Of a stretch of 54,750 bases of DNA, positions 19,386 to 28,545 are shown piece by piece (within the stretch, counting starts at the first letter, position 1; every line of letters begins with the position of its first letter). Source of the stretch: Paludibacter propionicigenes (GTDB lineage: Bacteria > Bacteroidota > Bacteroidia > Bacteroidales > JAFGXI01); assembly GCA_020721655.1 (NCBI GenBank), contig DYMG01000005.1:1-54750 (forward strand), read 5' to 3'. The position numbers and the translations under genes were made by a program. The notes under the pieces were generated by a model. The model saw only the letters and a program-made list of their open reading frames with translations, was not told where the DNA came from and ran no database searches.

Positions 19386-19937
19386 ATGACAATAACAGAA
19401 AATAATATTAAACAACCAATAGGAGAATACATACAAAATTGGGCAAGAAAACACTCTCTTTTTGTATTAGCTTACGGAACAGGTTGTGGTGCAATTGAAA
19501 TTCCACCAACAATGACCTCTCGTTACGATGCCGAAAGATTTGGAATTAGAGGTGCTGCTACTCCTCGCCAAGCCGATGTATTACTTATTACAGGGTACTT
19601 AGCAACTAAATCACTAAAAAGAGTAATTCGTGTTTACGAACAAATGCAAGACCCAAAATATGTTATTGCATTTGGCTCTTGTACAATAAACGGAGGCATG
19701 TATTACGATAGCTATAACACAATAAACGCTTTAGACAGATACATTCCTGTTGACGTTTACATAAATGGCTGTATGCCCCGTCCAGAAGCTGTTATATCAG
19801 GATTTGTTGAACTACAAAAACAAATAGCATCAGGAAATGCATACAACGCTACAAAATACAAAGAAAACCTTGAATGGTATAGAGAAAACCAAAAGAAAAT
19901 AATTAAAAATTGGCGTATGCCCGACTATAACTGGTAA
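19386..19937 (+). CDS. mbxJ: NuoB-like Fe-S subunit (MbsJ/MbxJ), only three Cys
   Basis: GTGCGAIEIPPTMTSRYDAERFG, PRQAD, GSCTINGG, GCMPRPE; GCG replaces the NuoB CC pair. Confidence 0.9.
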   Translation: MTITENNIKQPIGEYIQNWARKHSLFVLAYGTGCGAIEIPPTMTSRYDAERFGIRGAATPRQADVLLITGYLATKSLKRVIRVYEQMQDPKYVIAFGSCTINGGMYYDSYNTINALDRYIPVDVYINGCMPRPEAVISGFVELQKQIASGNAYNATKYKENLEWYRENQKKIIKNWRMPDYNW

Positions 19938-19983
19938 AACACAACAGTAACTTATTTAATTTTTTTCAGAAAAAAAATATAAA

Positions 19984-20559
19984 ATGGACAATTTACAAAT
20001 TGAAAACAACATACTCGAAACAATAAAAACTGCTTTTAAAGTAGAAGGTAAAGTTGTAAGAGAAAAAAGAGTTGAAATAACAGCACATAAACAACTTATT
20101 TCAAGTATTTTATTGTTTGCAAAAAATCAACATAATTATATTCATCTAAACCATATTACTTGCGTAGATTGGATTGAAGATGGAGAATTTGAAATAAACT
20201 ACATAATTTGGTCTCCAACTACCAAAAACACCCTAATAATAAAAACTAGAATTTCTCGCGAAAATGCCCAAATGGAAAACATTGATAATATTTGGGACCA
20301 AGCAAACACTTACGAAAGAGAAATGAGAGAAATGTACGGCATTGAATTTCCTGGATTAATTGGCGAACACGAATTTATTCTTGAAGATTGGGACGAAATG
20401 CCTCCTATGAGAAGAGATTTTGACACATTAGAATACGCAACAAAAACATTTTACCAACGACCAGGCAGAGAAGACGCTAAAGACGTTAGAGAAGAATTAA
20501 CTAAACAAAGCGGAGAGGAAATACCTGAATTCGCTAAGAAATATTCGAGAGAGAAATAA
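19984..20559 (+). CDS. mbxK: NuoC-like subunit (MbsK/MbxK)
   Basis: ITCVDW, YEREMREMYGIEFPG, FILEDW...PPMRRDF. Confidence 0.9.
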   Translation: MDNLQIENNILETIKTAFKVEGKVVREKRVEITAHKQLISSILLFAKNQHNYIHLNHITCVDWIEDGEFEINYIIWSPTTKNTLIIKTRISRENAQMENIDNIWDQANTYEREMREMYGIEFPGLIGEHEFILEDWDEMPPMRRDFDTLEYATKTFYQRPGREDAKDVREELTKQSGEEIPEFAKKYSREK

Positions 20560-21659
20560 TGGAAAAAGAAACCACACTATATATTGGACCTCAACACCCT
20601 GGTATAACCGGGAATATGATGGTTAAACTAAAAGTAACAGGCGATACTATTTCTAGTGCTTCTACTCACGTTGGATACCTACACCGTGCATTCGAAAAAC
20701 TTATAGAAAGAAGAAACTGGCTACAATCATTCACAATACTTTGCCGTTTTTGCGTTCCAGAACCAGACCCAATGGAACTTACTTACGCAAGAGCTGTAGA
20801 AGAAATTGAAGGACGAGAAGTTCCCGAAAGAGCGGAATATATTCGCACAATTGTAATGGAATTAGCCCGTATTCAGTCATTTATGCTTTGGTACGGCGGA
20901 CAATCAGGCTCGTCTGGATTATACCTTGTTGGACAATGGTCGGTTGGAGATAGAAACTACATTCTAGACTTATTTGAAGACCTTACAGGCGGTAGAGTTT
21001 ACCACATGTATATATGGCCCGGAGGAGTTCGTAGAGATTTACCAGAAGGCTGGAAAGATAAAGCATTAAAAACAATGGATTATCTAGAAAAACGCCTCGA
21101 TGAATACGACAAACTTATGTTCGACAGTACAATATTCCAAAAAAGAGCTCAAGGTGTTGGCATAATACCAAAAGACAAAGCAATTGAATGGGGAGTTGTA
21201 GGTGCACCACTTAGAGGAACAGGAATAAAACACGACGTTAGAATAGACGAACCATATTGTGCATACGATAAATTAAATTTTATAGTACCAACACAAGAAG
21301 GTGGAGATGTTTGGGCTCGTGCATTAGTTCGCCGACAAGAAATTCGTCAATCAATAAGTATTATACGCCAAGCATTAGATAAAATGCCCGCAGGCGAATT
21401 TTACAACAAAATACCAAACCCTATGAAATGGTCTATTCCTGCTGGCTCAGCTTGGGTAAAAACAGAAAGCGTAAGAGGTGAAGTTGGTTTCTATGTTGAA
21501 AGCGATGGCTCTAACAAACCTCGACGAGTTCATGTAAAAGGTGCTGCATACACTCACGGAGTTACCGTTTTAGAAAAAATATTAGTTGGACAAAACATTG
21601 CCGATGTTTCTTTTATTTTGAACTCATTAGGCGTTTGTCCTCCCGAAATTGAAAGATAA
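20559..21659 (+). CDS. mbxL: NuoD-like subunit without NiFe site (MbsL/MbxL)
   Basis: IGPQHPG, GYLHRAFEKL, RFCVPEPD, C-terminal CPPEIER; lacks the RxCxxC and DPCxxC hydrogenase motifs. Confidence 0.9.
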   Translation: MEKETTLYIGPQHPGITGNMMVKLKVTGDTISSASTHVGYLHRAFEKLIERRNWLQSFTILCRFCVPEPDPMELTYARAVEEIEGREVPERAEYIRTIVMELARIQSFMLWYGGQSGSSGLYLVGQWSVGDRNYILDLFEDLTGGRVYHMYIWPGGVRRDLPEGWKDKALKTMDYLEKRLDEYDKLMFDSTIFQKRAQGVGIIPKDKAIEWGVVGAPLRGTGIKHDVRIDEPYCAYDKLNFIVPTQEGGDVWARALVRRQEIRQSISIIRQALDKMPAGEFYNKIPNPMKWSIPAGSAWVKTESVRGEVGFYVESDGSNKPRRVHVKGAAYTHGVTVLEKILVGQNIADVSFILNSLGVCPPEIER

Positions 21660-21668
21660 TAGAATTAA

Positions 21669-21697
21669 TTATCGGTAAAAATTATATTTATCGATAA
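21669..21697 (+). other. Intergenic stem-loop between mbxL and the mbxN fusion gene
   Basis: TTATCGGTAAA-7 nt-TTTATCGATAA; 11 bp stem with one G-U pair and no U-tract. Confidence 0.35.
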
Positions 21698-21728
21698 ATA
21701 AAAAATATTAAATAAAAAATATTAAAGA

Positions 21729-23522
21729 ATGAACTTTTTCGATTTAAAAGGATTATTGCAACCATTAGGAGCAGTTAAGCAGTTAGGTAAAAAACCTCAC
21801 ACTATTAATTATCCTTACGAAACAAAACGAACTGCCGACCGTTATCGTGGATTACATTATAACGATTTAGAAGTTTGTATTGGTTGCGGAAATTGTTCTA
21901 CAATTTGTCAAAATGCAGCTATTGATATGATTAATATTGATGGCATTACAGCAAAAAATGGCGATAGCGGATTACGTCCACGCGTAGATAACGGAAGATG
22001 TTGTTGGTGTGCACTTTGCGTTGAAGTTTGCCCAACAGGCTCTCTTAGCCTTACAAAAGATTACATTTACGTTACTCCAGATGCAAACGCATTCTTATGG
22101 ACACCGGGAGTTAGCAACCCCGATGCAAAAAACAATATATCGTTCACAAGCGATACAAATTTATCACTTTCAATGTACCAAAGAGTTCCAATGCGTGAAC
22201 TTGATGGAATGGAAAGAGTAAAATCTTTTGCAGAAGTTGTTTTAGGATACTCGGAAGAAGAAGCTCGTGCCGAAGCTCAAAGATGTATATCTTGCGGATT
22301 ATGTTCAAATGTTTGTCCAGACCACATGCACATTCCAGAATACATAAATGCAATTGCACAAGGTAACGATAACGATGCACTAAAAATTATATACGACAAC
22401 AACCCTTTCCCAGAAATGTGCGGAAAAGTTTGTACTCGCCGTTGCGAAGATGTTTGTGCAATTCAAGTTCGCGGTGAAGCAGTTGCTATACGCTGGCTAA
22501 AACGTTATGCTACAGAAACTGCACCAACAGCTCAAAAAATTAAAGACATTGTAAACCCAATAATTGCCGAACCAAACGGAAAAACTGTTGGTATTATAGG
22601 AGCTGGTCCTGCAGGATTAACCGCTGCATACTATTTAGCTTTAAGAGGTTTCGATGTTACTATTTACGAAGCACAAAGTTATGCCGGAGGTATGACTATG
22701 TTTGGAATACCTAAATACCGCTTCCCATTAGACAGCGTAAAAAAACAAGTTGAATATATGGAAAGCATTGGGGTTAAAATAAAATATAACACCAAAGTTG
22801 GACGAGATATTTCTTTTGAAGAAATGCACACTGCTTACGATGCAATTTTTGTTGGTATAGGTTTCCAAAAAGCATGGACTTTAGGCATTGAAAATGAAGA
22901 TATTCCGGGCTGTATTGCAGCTGTTGATTATCTAAACATAATAAATCGTGGCGATAGTTTTGATGTTGGAAAAAAAGTAGCCGTAATTGGTGGTGGTAAC
23001 GTAGCTATTGATGGAGCCAGAGTTTCTGCACGTTATGGAGCCGAAGTAACAATACTTTATCGTCGTAGAATTTCTGAAATGCCTGCCGATTGGGAAGAAA
23101 TTGAAGGTGCTGAACACGAAGGCGTTCACATTGCTATTCAAACAATTCCTACAAGAATTATTAAAGGTGAAAACGGAAAAGTTAGCGGTATAGAATACTT
23201 AAAAGCCGAAATGATTGCCGACGAAAATGGCGGAAGACCACGCCCTGTGGCTATTGAAGGTAGCGAAACAATTTTAGAATGCGACACAGTAATTGGTGCA
23301 ATTGGTCAAGAAGCAGACTATTCTTGGCTTCCTGAAAGTTTTAAAGCCAAAATTGAAATAAAACGAGGAATGATGATTGTTACCAACGAATTTAATCAAA
23401 CTGGCGACCCAAAAGTTTTTGCCGGTGGAGATGCCGTAAACAAAACTGCCGATGCTATTTCTGCTATTGCTGATGGTTATATGGCTGTAAAAGGTATTTC
23501 TAAGTTTTTATTGGGAAATTAA
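21729..23522 (+). CDS. MbsN/NuoI-like 2x[4Fe-4S] domain fused to a GltD/SudA/NfnB-like FAD/NAD(P)H oxidoreductase
   Basis: TINYPYE...RYRGLH, CIGCGNCSTIC and CCWCALCVEVCP; then EAQRCISC, CGKVCTRRCEDVC, GAGPAG, GGGNVAIDGAR, YRRR, VFAGGD. Confidence 0.9.
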   Translation: MNFFDLKGLLQPLGAVKQLGKKPHTINYPYETKRTADRYRGLHYNDLEVCIGCGNCSTICQNAAIDMINIDGITAKNGDSGLRPRVDNGRCCWCALCVEVCPTGSLSLTKDYIYVTPDANAFLWTPGVSNPDAKNNISFTSDTNLSLSMYQRVPMRELDGMERVKSFAEVVLGYSEEEARAEAQRCISCGLCSNVCPDHMHIPEYINAIAQGNDNDALKIIYDNNPFPEMCGKVCTRRCEDVCAIQVRGEAVAIRWLKRYATETAPTAQKIKDIVNPIIAEPNGKTVGIIGAGPAGLTAAYYLALRGFDVTIYEAQSYAGGMTMFGIPKYRFPLDSVKKQVEYMESIGVKIKYNTKVGRDISFEEMHTAYDAIFVGIGFQKAWTLGIENEDIPGCIAAVDYLNIINRGDSFDVGKKVAVIGGGNVAIDGARVSARYGAEVTILYRRRISEMPADWEEIEGAEHEGVHIAIQTIPTRIIKGENGKVSGIEYLKAEMIADENGGRPRPVAIEGSETILECDTVIGAIGQEADYSWLPESFKAKIEIKRGMMIVTNEFNQTGDPKVFAGGDAVNKTADAISAIADGYMAVKGISKFLLGN

Positions 23523-23542
23523 AGTACATTCTACACTTTCTA

Positions 23543-23595
23543 TAAACTAAAAAATCCATAACTCAGAAAAACTGATTTATGGATTTTTTAGTTTA
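23543..23595. terminator. Bidirectional intrinsic terminator between the mbx operon and the convergent MBL gene
   Basis: 19 bp inverted repeat TAAACTAAAAAATCCATAA/TTATGGATTTTTTAGTTTA plus an inner TCAG/CTGA stem. Confidence 0.8.
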
Positions 23596-24381
23596 CCCCG
23601 ACTTAGATTTTGTGTTTACATCTACGCTTAAGCCATCATAAGCCAAAAAAACATTTTTTGGAAGTTCTTTTTCAACCTCATCTGCTAATCCTAATGAATG
23701 ACTAATATGAGTTAAATAAGCCTTTTCCGGCTTTATTTCTTCAATAAGTTTTAGTGCTTCAGATAATGTAAAATGAGATATGTGCTCCTCTTTTCTTAGG
23801 GCATTAATTATCAACACCTTAACTCCTTTAATTTTATCTTTTTCAATTTCCGAAATATAGTTGGCATCAGTTATATAAGCTATATTTCCAATTTTATATC
23901 CTAAAATTGGAAGTTTTAAATGCATAACTCTAATTGGGATAATTTCAACATCAAATATTTTAAAAGTATTTTCATCAATAATATTAATATTTATTTTTGG
24001 CAATCCCGGATATTTACTCTCTGAAAAAACATATAAATATTCATTTTTCAATGAATCTGAAACTCTTTTTTCGCAATAAACCTCCATTGGTTTTTTCTGA
24101 ATGTAATTGAAAGCTCTAACATCGTCGAGCCCACCGGTATGGTCTTTATGTTCGTGTGTAAAAATAATTGCATCGAGTTTTTGCACTTTTTCTCGCAACA
24201 TTTGTTGACGAAAATCGGGACCCGAATCAATTACAAAAGTATGGTTATTAATTTCAATTAAAACAGAAGTGCGTAATCGTTTATCTTTTGGGTTTGTTGA
24301 TTGACAAACATTGCAATTGCAACCAATTATTGGCACTCCTTGAGAAGTTCCTGTTCCTAAAAAAGTTAATTTCATTATCAT
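23593..24381 (-). CDS. MBL-fold metallo-hydrolase (PhnP/YycJ-like phosphodiesterase)
   Basis: FLGTGTSQGVP, CNCNVC Zn site, IDSGPDFRQQ, THEHKDH, THISH, AYDG. Confidence 0.9.
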   Translation of the reverse strand: MIMKLTFLGTGTSQGVPIIGCNCNVCQSTNPKDKRLRTSVLIEINNHTFVIDSGPDFRQQMLREKVQKLDAIIFTHEHKDHTGGLDDVRAFNYIQKKPMEVYCEKRVSDSLKNEYLYVFSESKYPGLPKININIIDENTFKIFDVEIIPIRVMHLKLPILGYKIGNIAYITDANYISEIEKDKIKGVKVLIINALRKEEHISHFTLSEALKLIEEIKPEKAYLTHISHSLGLADEVEKELPKNVFLAYDGLSVDVNTKSKSG

Positions 24382-25140
24382 TTAATTAATAACTAACCCC
24401 CAATTATTTTTTTTGTGAATAAGTTTTCCAATTGCAAAGCCAAAAGCAGCACCAACAACTACATCGCTTGCCCAATGTTTGTTATCGTAAATTCTTGAAA
24501 CGCTTGCTAAAGTGGCTATACTATATGCTAAAATTGGCACCCAAACTGTTTTTTTGTATTCAGAAGCAACTACTGTAGCTACTGAGAAAATAGAAGTTGT
24601 ATGCCCAGAAGGCATTCCTTTATACCAACTATTGCCACAAACTCCTGTAAATGCGTATTTATCGGAAAATTCGCCTTGATATGGTCTTTGTCGGTTTATT
24701 AAATATTTTGGAATTTGAACATATAATCCGGAAATTAAGTATGCTTTTGTTGCAAGCATTGCGGTTTTTTTTGAGCGTTGGTTTCTAAAAATCAATCCTT
24801 CGGTATATAAAAGTGCCATAGACCCCATTGAATATAAGCCACTACCCCACGGCTCTAAAAAATTTATCGATAAATTATCTAAAGTTTTTGTTCTGTTTTT
24901 TTGAAACAAGTCTTGCACTTCATAATCTTGTGTAAATGCTAAAACCGCTGTTGTTATTACAATTCCTGTTGTTATTAATTGTGGCTTTTTCCATTTTATT
25001 GGCGAAATACCAACATCTTTAGTGTCTAAAATTACTGATTTAAAAAAATGTTTATCGAACCTTGCTTTAGTAAGTTCTTGGGCATTTATTGAACAAATAG
25101 TACTAAAAAATAGAGCTAAAATTATTGTTATTTTTTTCAC
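24382..25140 (-). CDS. PAP2 family phosphatase
   Basis: KYLINRQRP, MPSGHT, SRIYDNKHWASDV: the three PAP2 motifs; signal peptide; GTG start. Confidence 0.9.
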   Translation of the reverse strand: MKKITIILALFFSTICSINAQELTKARFDKHFFKSVILDTKDVGISPIKWKKPQLITTGIVITTAVLAFTQDYEVQDLFQKNRTKTLDNLSINFLEPWGSGLYSMGSMALLYTEGLIFRNQRSKKTAMLATKAYLISGLYVQIPKYLINRQRPYQGEFSDKYAFTGVCGNSWYKGMPSGHTTSIFSVATVVASEYKKTVWVPILAYSIATLASVSRIYDNKHWASDVVVGAAFGFAIGKLIHKKNNWGLVIN

Positions 25141-25150
25141 TAAAATATGT

Positions 25151-26884
25151 TTATTTCACTACAAATTTGTTTGTTATTATTGAGTTATTGTAAGATATGC
25201 TAATTAAATAAATTCCTTTATTTAGGTTGTAATTTTGTAAAGTTATCGAATTTTCGCCTTTTTCAAAATAAATATTAGTATTTAGCACTTGCTGTCCGAG
25301 CATATTTGTAATAATAACATTTGAGTTAAAATTGGTGTTAGAAAGCACTTTTAAATAATTTTGTGTATTAAATATTTTTAAACTTATAGCATTTTCTGAG
25401 GTAATATTGGTTGTGTTTAAAACATAGAAACTCCAATAACCTTCTGGTGCAGGCATTGGGCGTACTTGAGTTTTTCCAGAATTAGCGTTTGCCTGAATAT
25501 AGTAATAAACGCGAGTTCCCGATGTTTGAACGGGAATGTATCCTGTCCATTCGTTTAGTGTTGTGTTTGTAAAGTTCATTATTACAGATTGGTATGGTTC
25601 TAACAGGTCGGTTTTATAGTATAATGTTGCCGAATTTATTCCTGAGCGGTGCATTATTTTAGATTTTACTTCATAATTTGTGTAAATATTATCGGTATTA
25701 GACAAGCGTTTGTGAGAAATTAAGAGTGGATCAGTTGTAGCAATTTCGTGAGTAATGCAATGTATAGCTCCGCTTGAAAAGATTGGTCCAGAATCGTCGT
25801 CGCAATCAACTCCAACTACGTTGTATCCTGGCATTGCTTCTCTATATATTCTTAGGGCTGTTGTATCGTATTGTTGGTAATATGTTGGAACAATTATGGT
25901 TTTGTTTATAATTAGTGAGTTTGTATAAGTGTAGTAATATCCACTGTTCCAACTACCATCGGGGTAATCTCCGTTTAAATCTGGTGGGCTGGGAATGCGA
26001 ACAACTTTATACGCATCGCCAAAAACTGAATTTTCGTTTGCTAAAACATTTTGCAAGTTTGCTTCAATTTGTGGTCCATCGGCAATTCCAGATGGGTATT
26101 CTGCGCAAAGAATTGTTTCTTCGTCTAACATTTTCATGTGCATATCTATGTGGTGAATTCCATCGTAAGGAAGAACTGGAAATTTTATAAATTTATTTAT
26201 TCCCATAAAGTGCTTCATAATTGTATCAATTTCGGCTTCTGTTTTTGGTGTTACGTCGTAATCGTTGTTTATTTGGTTTTCTTCGAGAATAAGTTCTTCG
26301 CAAAAGGCTGTTCCAAAGCCATCGGTAAAGTAGTTCCCACCGGTATTAACTAAGTCGGTAGGTGCTTGTGTTGTTTGGTAAAGCGGAATGTTAAAAGCGC
26401 CGGAAATTGGGCTTGCCGAGGTGTCGTCGCGTGGACGAGGGCGGTTATAAATCCAATCTAAAAATAAAAGCGAATCCACATTATTAGTGTAAATATTATT
26501 TACTGCATAATCTCTAATCCAAACGGAGTTTGTACCGTAATTTATAAATTTAACATTTGTAATATCAACATTTTCGGTTTGTAAATAATTTTTTGCACTT
26601 GCCGAGTCGGTTGTTAAAATATACACTTTACATTCTTCTACTGCTGCACGTACTATTTCTGTTAATTGTGGTTTGTAGCTTATCCAAGAGATTACTATTG
26701 CTTGCATTTCTTCCCATTCGGCAACACTTCTAACAGCCGATGCTGGGGGCAATGTTATTCCAACTGATGAAATATTTTTTACATAATTTGGCAAATATGC
26801 TCGTTCTTGTTTTGTCATATAGTTTGGCAAATACTGAGCATTTAATATGGTTATTGAAAAAACTAGAATTATAATTAATCTCAT
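25151..26884 (-). CDS. Secreted agmatine/peptidylarginine deiminase family protein with T9SS CTD
   Basis: AEWE, WIRD, TGGN, HHIDMH, YTNSL, GAIHCIT catalytic set; signal peptide; CTD-like ITNMLGQQV...KGIYLI...KFVVK. Confidence 0.85.
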   Translation of the reverse strand: MRLIIILVFSITILNAQYLPNYMTKQERAYLPNYVKNISSVGITLPPASAVRSVAEWEEMQAIVISWISYKPQLTEIVRAAVEECKVYILTTDSASAKNYLQTENVDITNVKFINYGTNSVWIRDYAVNNIYTNNVDSLLFLDWIYNRPRPRDDTSASPISGAFNIPLYQTTQAPTDLVNTGGNYFTDGFGTAFCEELILEENQINNDYDVTPKTEAEIDTIMKHFMGINKFIKFPVLPYDGIHHIDMHMKMLDEETILCAEYPSGIADGPQIEANLQNVLANENSVFGDAYKVVRIPSPPDLNGDYPDGSWNSGYYYTYTNSLIINKTIIVPTYYQQYDTTALRIYREAMPGYNVVGVDCDDDSGPIFSSGAIHCITHEIATTDPLLISHKRLSNTDNIYTNYEVKSKIMHRSGINSATLYYKTDLLEPYQSVIMNFTNTTLNEWTGYIPVQTSGTRVYYYIQANANSGKTQVRPMPAPEGYWSFYVLNTTNITSENAISLKIFNTQNYLKVLSNTNFNSNVIITNMLGQQVLNTNIYFEKGENSITLQNYNLNKGIYLISISYNNSIITNKFVVK

Positions 26885-26922
26885 TTTGTTTAGTTTTATA
26901 TTGTTAAAAGTATGTAAAATTT

Positions 26923-27783
26923 TTATAATTGAAAACCTTCAATTAATTTTTTAACTTCATTAATTTGACTTATTGGTGTAGATGTTGCACCGCTAATTCC
27001 GCAGGTATTTTTGTTTACAAACCACTCTTTTTTAAGCTCTTGCAAGTCTGAAATGAAATATGAATTGTTATTATTGTTTTTGCAAATTTGAAATAAAACA
27101 TTCCCATTAGAGCTTTTTTTTCCACTTACAAAAATAATTACATCGTTTTCTTTTGAGAATAACTCTAAGTCTTTGTCTCTGTTTGCTACTTGTGGGCAAA
27201 CGGTTTTATTAAACCTTAGTTCGTATTTTATTGGTAATGAGTTTATTTTAGATACAATTTCTTCGTATTTAGTTTTGCTCATTGTTGTTTGCGAGAAAAT
27301 AGTTATTGGATTGTTTGGGTTTATTTTTGTTATTTGGTCTATGTTTTCTATTATTATGGCTTTGTCGTTAATTTGTCCAGATAGTGAAATTGCTTCGGGA
27401 TGTTCAGTTTTTCCAAAAATTACAATTTGTTCGTTTTCTCTTCCTTTTTTATATGCTTCTAATACTTTTTTTTGAAGTTTTACAACAATTGGACAGGTTG
27501 CATCAATAATTTTTATGTTGTTTTGTTTTGCAATTTTATATGTTTTTGGGTGCTCTCCGTGAGCACGAAAAAGTACAGTTGTATTTTTTATTTCTGAAAA
27601 TTCTTGTTTGCTTAATACGGTTAAACCTTTAGTTTTTAGCCTACTAACCTCCAAGTCGTTATGGACAATATCGCCTAAGCAAAGAATGTTTTTTTTGTCT
27701 TCTAATTCTTTTTCAGCAGTTTTTATGGCTTCGTCAACTCCAAAACAAAATCCTGCATTTTTATCAATATTTATTGTTATCAT
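26923..27783 (-). CDS. ispH: 4-hydroxy-3-methylbut-2-enyl diphosphate reductase
   Basis: GFCFGV, IVHN, RAHG, DATCP, SQTT, TVC, SSNG, GATSTP. Confidence 0.97.
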   Translation of the reverse strand: MITINIDKNAGFCFGVDEAIKTAEKELEDKKNILCLGDIVHNDLEVSRLKTKGLTVLSKQEFSEIKNTTVLFRAHGEHPKTYKIAKQNNIKIIDATCPIVVKLQKKVLEAYKKGRENEQIVIFGKTEHPEAISLSGQINDKAIIIENIDQITKINPNNPITIFSQTTMSKTKYEEIVSKINSLPIKYELRFNKTVCPQVANRDKDLELFSKENDVIIFVSGKKSSNGNVLFQICKNNNNNSYFISDLQELKKEWFVNKNTCGISGATSTPISQINEVKKLIEGFQL

Positions 27784-28478
27784 TTTAAGAGAACTGTTTT
27801 GTTTTTAACAATATCTATAACAATATTAAATTGATCGTTTATTGTAAGTATTGAATTATCTAAAACAATTGCATCTGGAGCTTGAATTAAAGGACTTTCT
27901 TTTCTATTTTGGTCTAAATAGTCGCGTTTATTTACATTTTCTAGAATTTCTTGGTATGATGTATTTTCGCCTTTTGCTTTTATTTCCTCAAAACGTCTGG
28001 TTGCACGTATTTCTGACGATGCTGTCATAAAAAGTTTAATTTCGGCATTAGGCATTACAACTGTGCCAATATCCCGTCCGTCCATAACAACGCCTTTATT
28101 TTTAGATATTTCTTGCTGTATATTTACCATCATTTTTCTAACTTCGGCAATTTGGCTTATTTCGCTTACAAGGTTTGAAACTTCAATTGACCGAATTTTG
28201 TTTTCAACGTTTTGTCCGTTTAAGTATGTGTCTGATGTTTTAGTTTGCGGGTTATATTTAAAGTCTATTTCAATTTTCTGAAGCGAATTAATTATTTTTT
28301 CTTTGTTTAATTGTGTTTGGTTAATTAATGAATTATTCATTGCGTAAAGCGTTACAGCTCTGTACATTGCACCTGTATCAATATAAATGTATTGCAAATA
28401 ATTTGCTAATTGTTTTGCCAATGTACTTTTTCCGCAAGACGAGAATCCATCTATAGCTATGTTTATCTTATTTTTCAT
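27780..28478 (-). CDS. cmk: Cytidylate kinase
   Basis: IAIDGFSSCGKST, DTGAMYR, DGRDIGTVV, SPL. Confidence 0.97.
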   Translation of the reverse strand: MKNKINIAIDGFSSCGKSTLAKQLANYLQYIYIDTGAMYRAVTLYAMNNSLINQTQLNKEKIINSLQKIEIDFKYNPQTKTSDTYLNGQNVENKIRSIEVSNLVSEISQIAEVRKMMVNIQQEISKNKGVVMDGRDIGTVVMPNAEIKLFMTASSEIRATRRFEEIKAKGENTSYQEILENVNKRDYLDQNRKESPLIQAPDAIVLDNSILTINDQFNIVIDIVKNKTVLLK

Positions 28479-28490
28479 TATTTTAGATAC

Positions 28491-28522
28491 AAAAAAGAGT
28501 TTTAGATTTTACTAAAACTCTT
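28491..28522 (-). terminator. Intrinsic terminator after the tdh-like gene
   Basis: AAGAGTTTTAG/CTAAAACTCTT stem followed by a U-run on the minus strand. Confidence 0.6.
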
Positions 28523-28545
28523 CAAATTTTAGAATATTTTTAAAA

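Noticed and set aside
20559-21659. Group 4 [NiFe]-hydrogenase large subunit, or complex I NuoD
   Set aside because: No RxCxxC or DPCxxC motifs (the CRFC pair is offset) and no maturation genes in the window; it also lacks the NuoD RxDY motif, and there are no nuoA/J/EFG genes
21729-23522. Glutamate synthase small subunit (gltD)
   Set aside because: No gltB nearby; it carries an N-terminal NuoI-like domain and ends the mbx operon
26923-28478. cmk-ispH overlap without rpsA
   Set aside because: Ordinary arrangement in Bacteroidales
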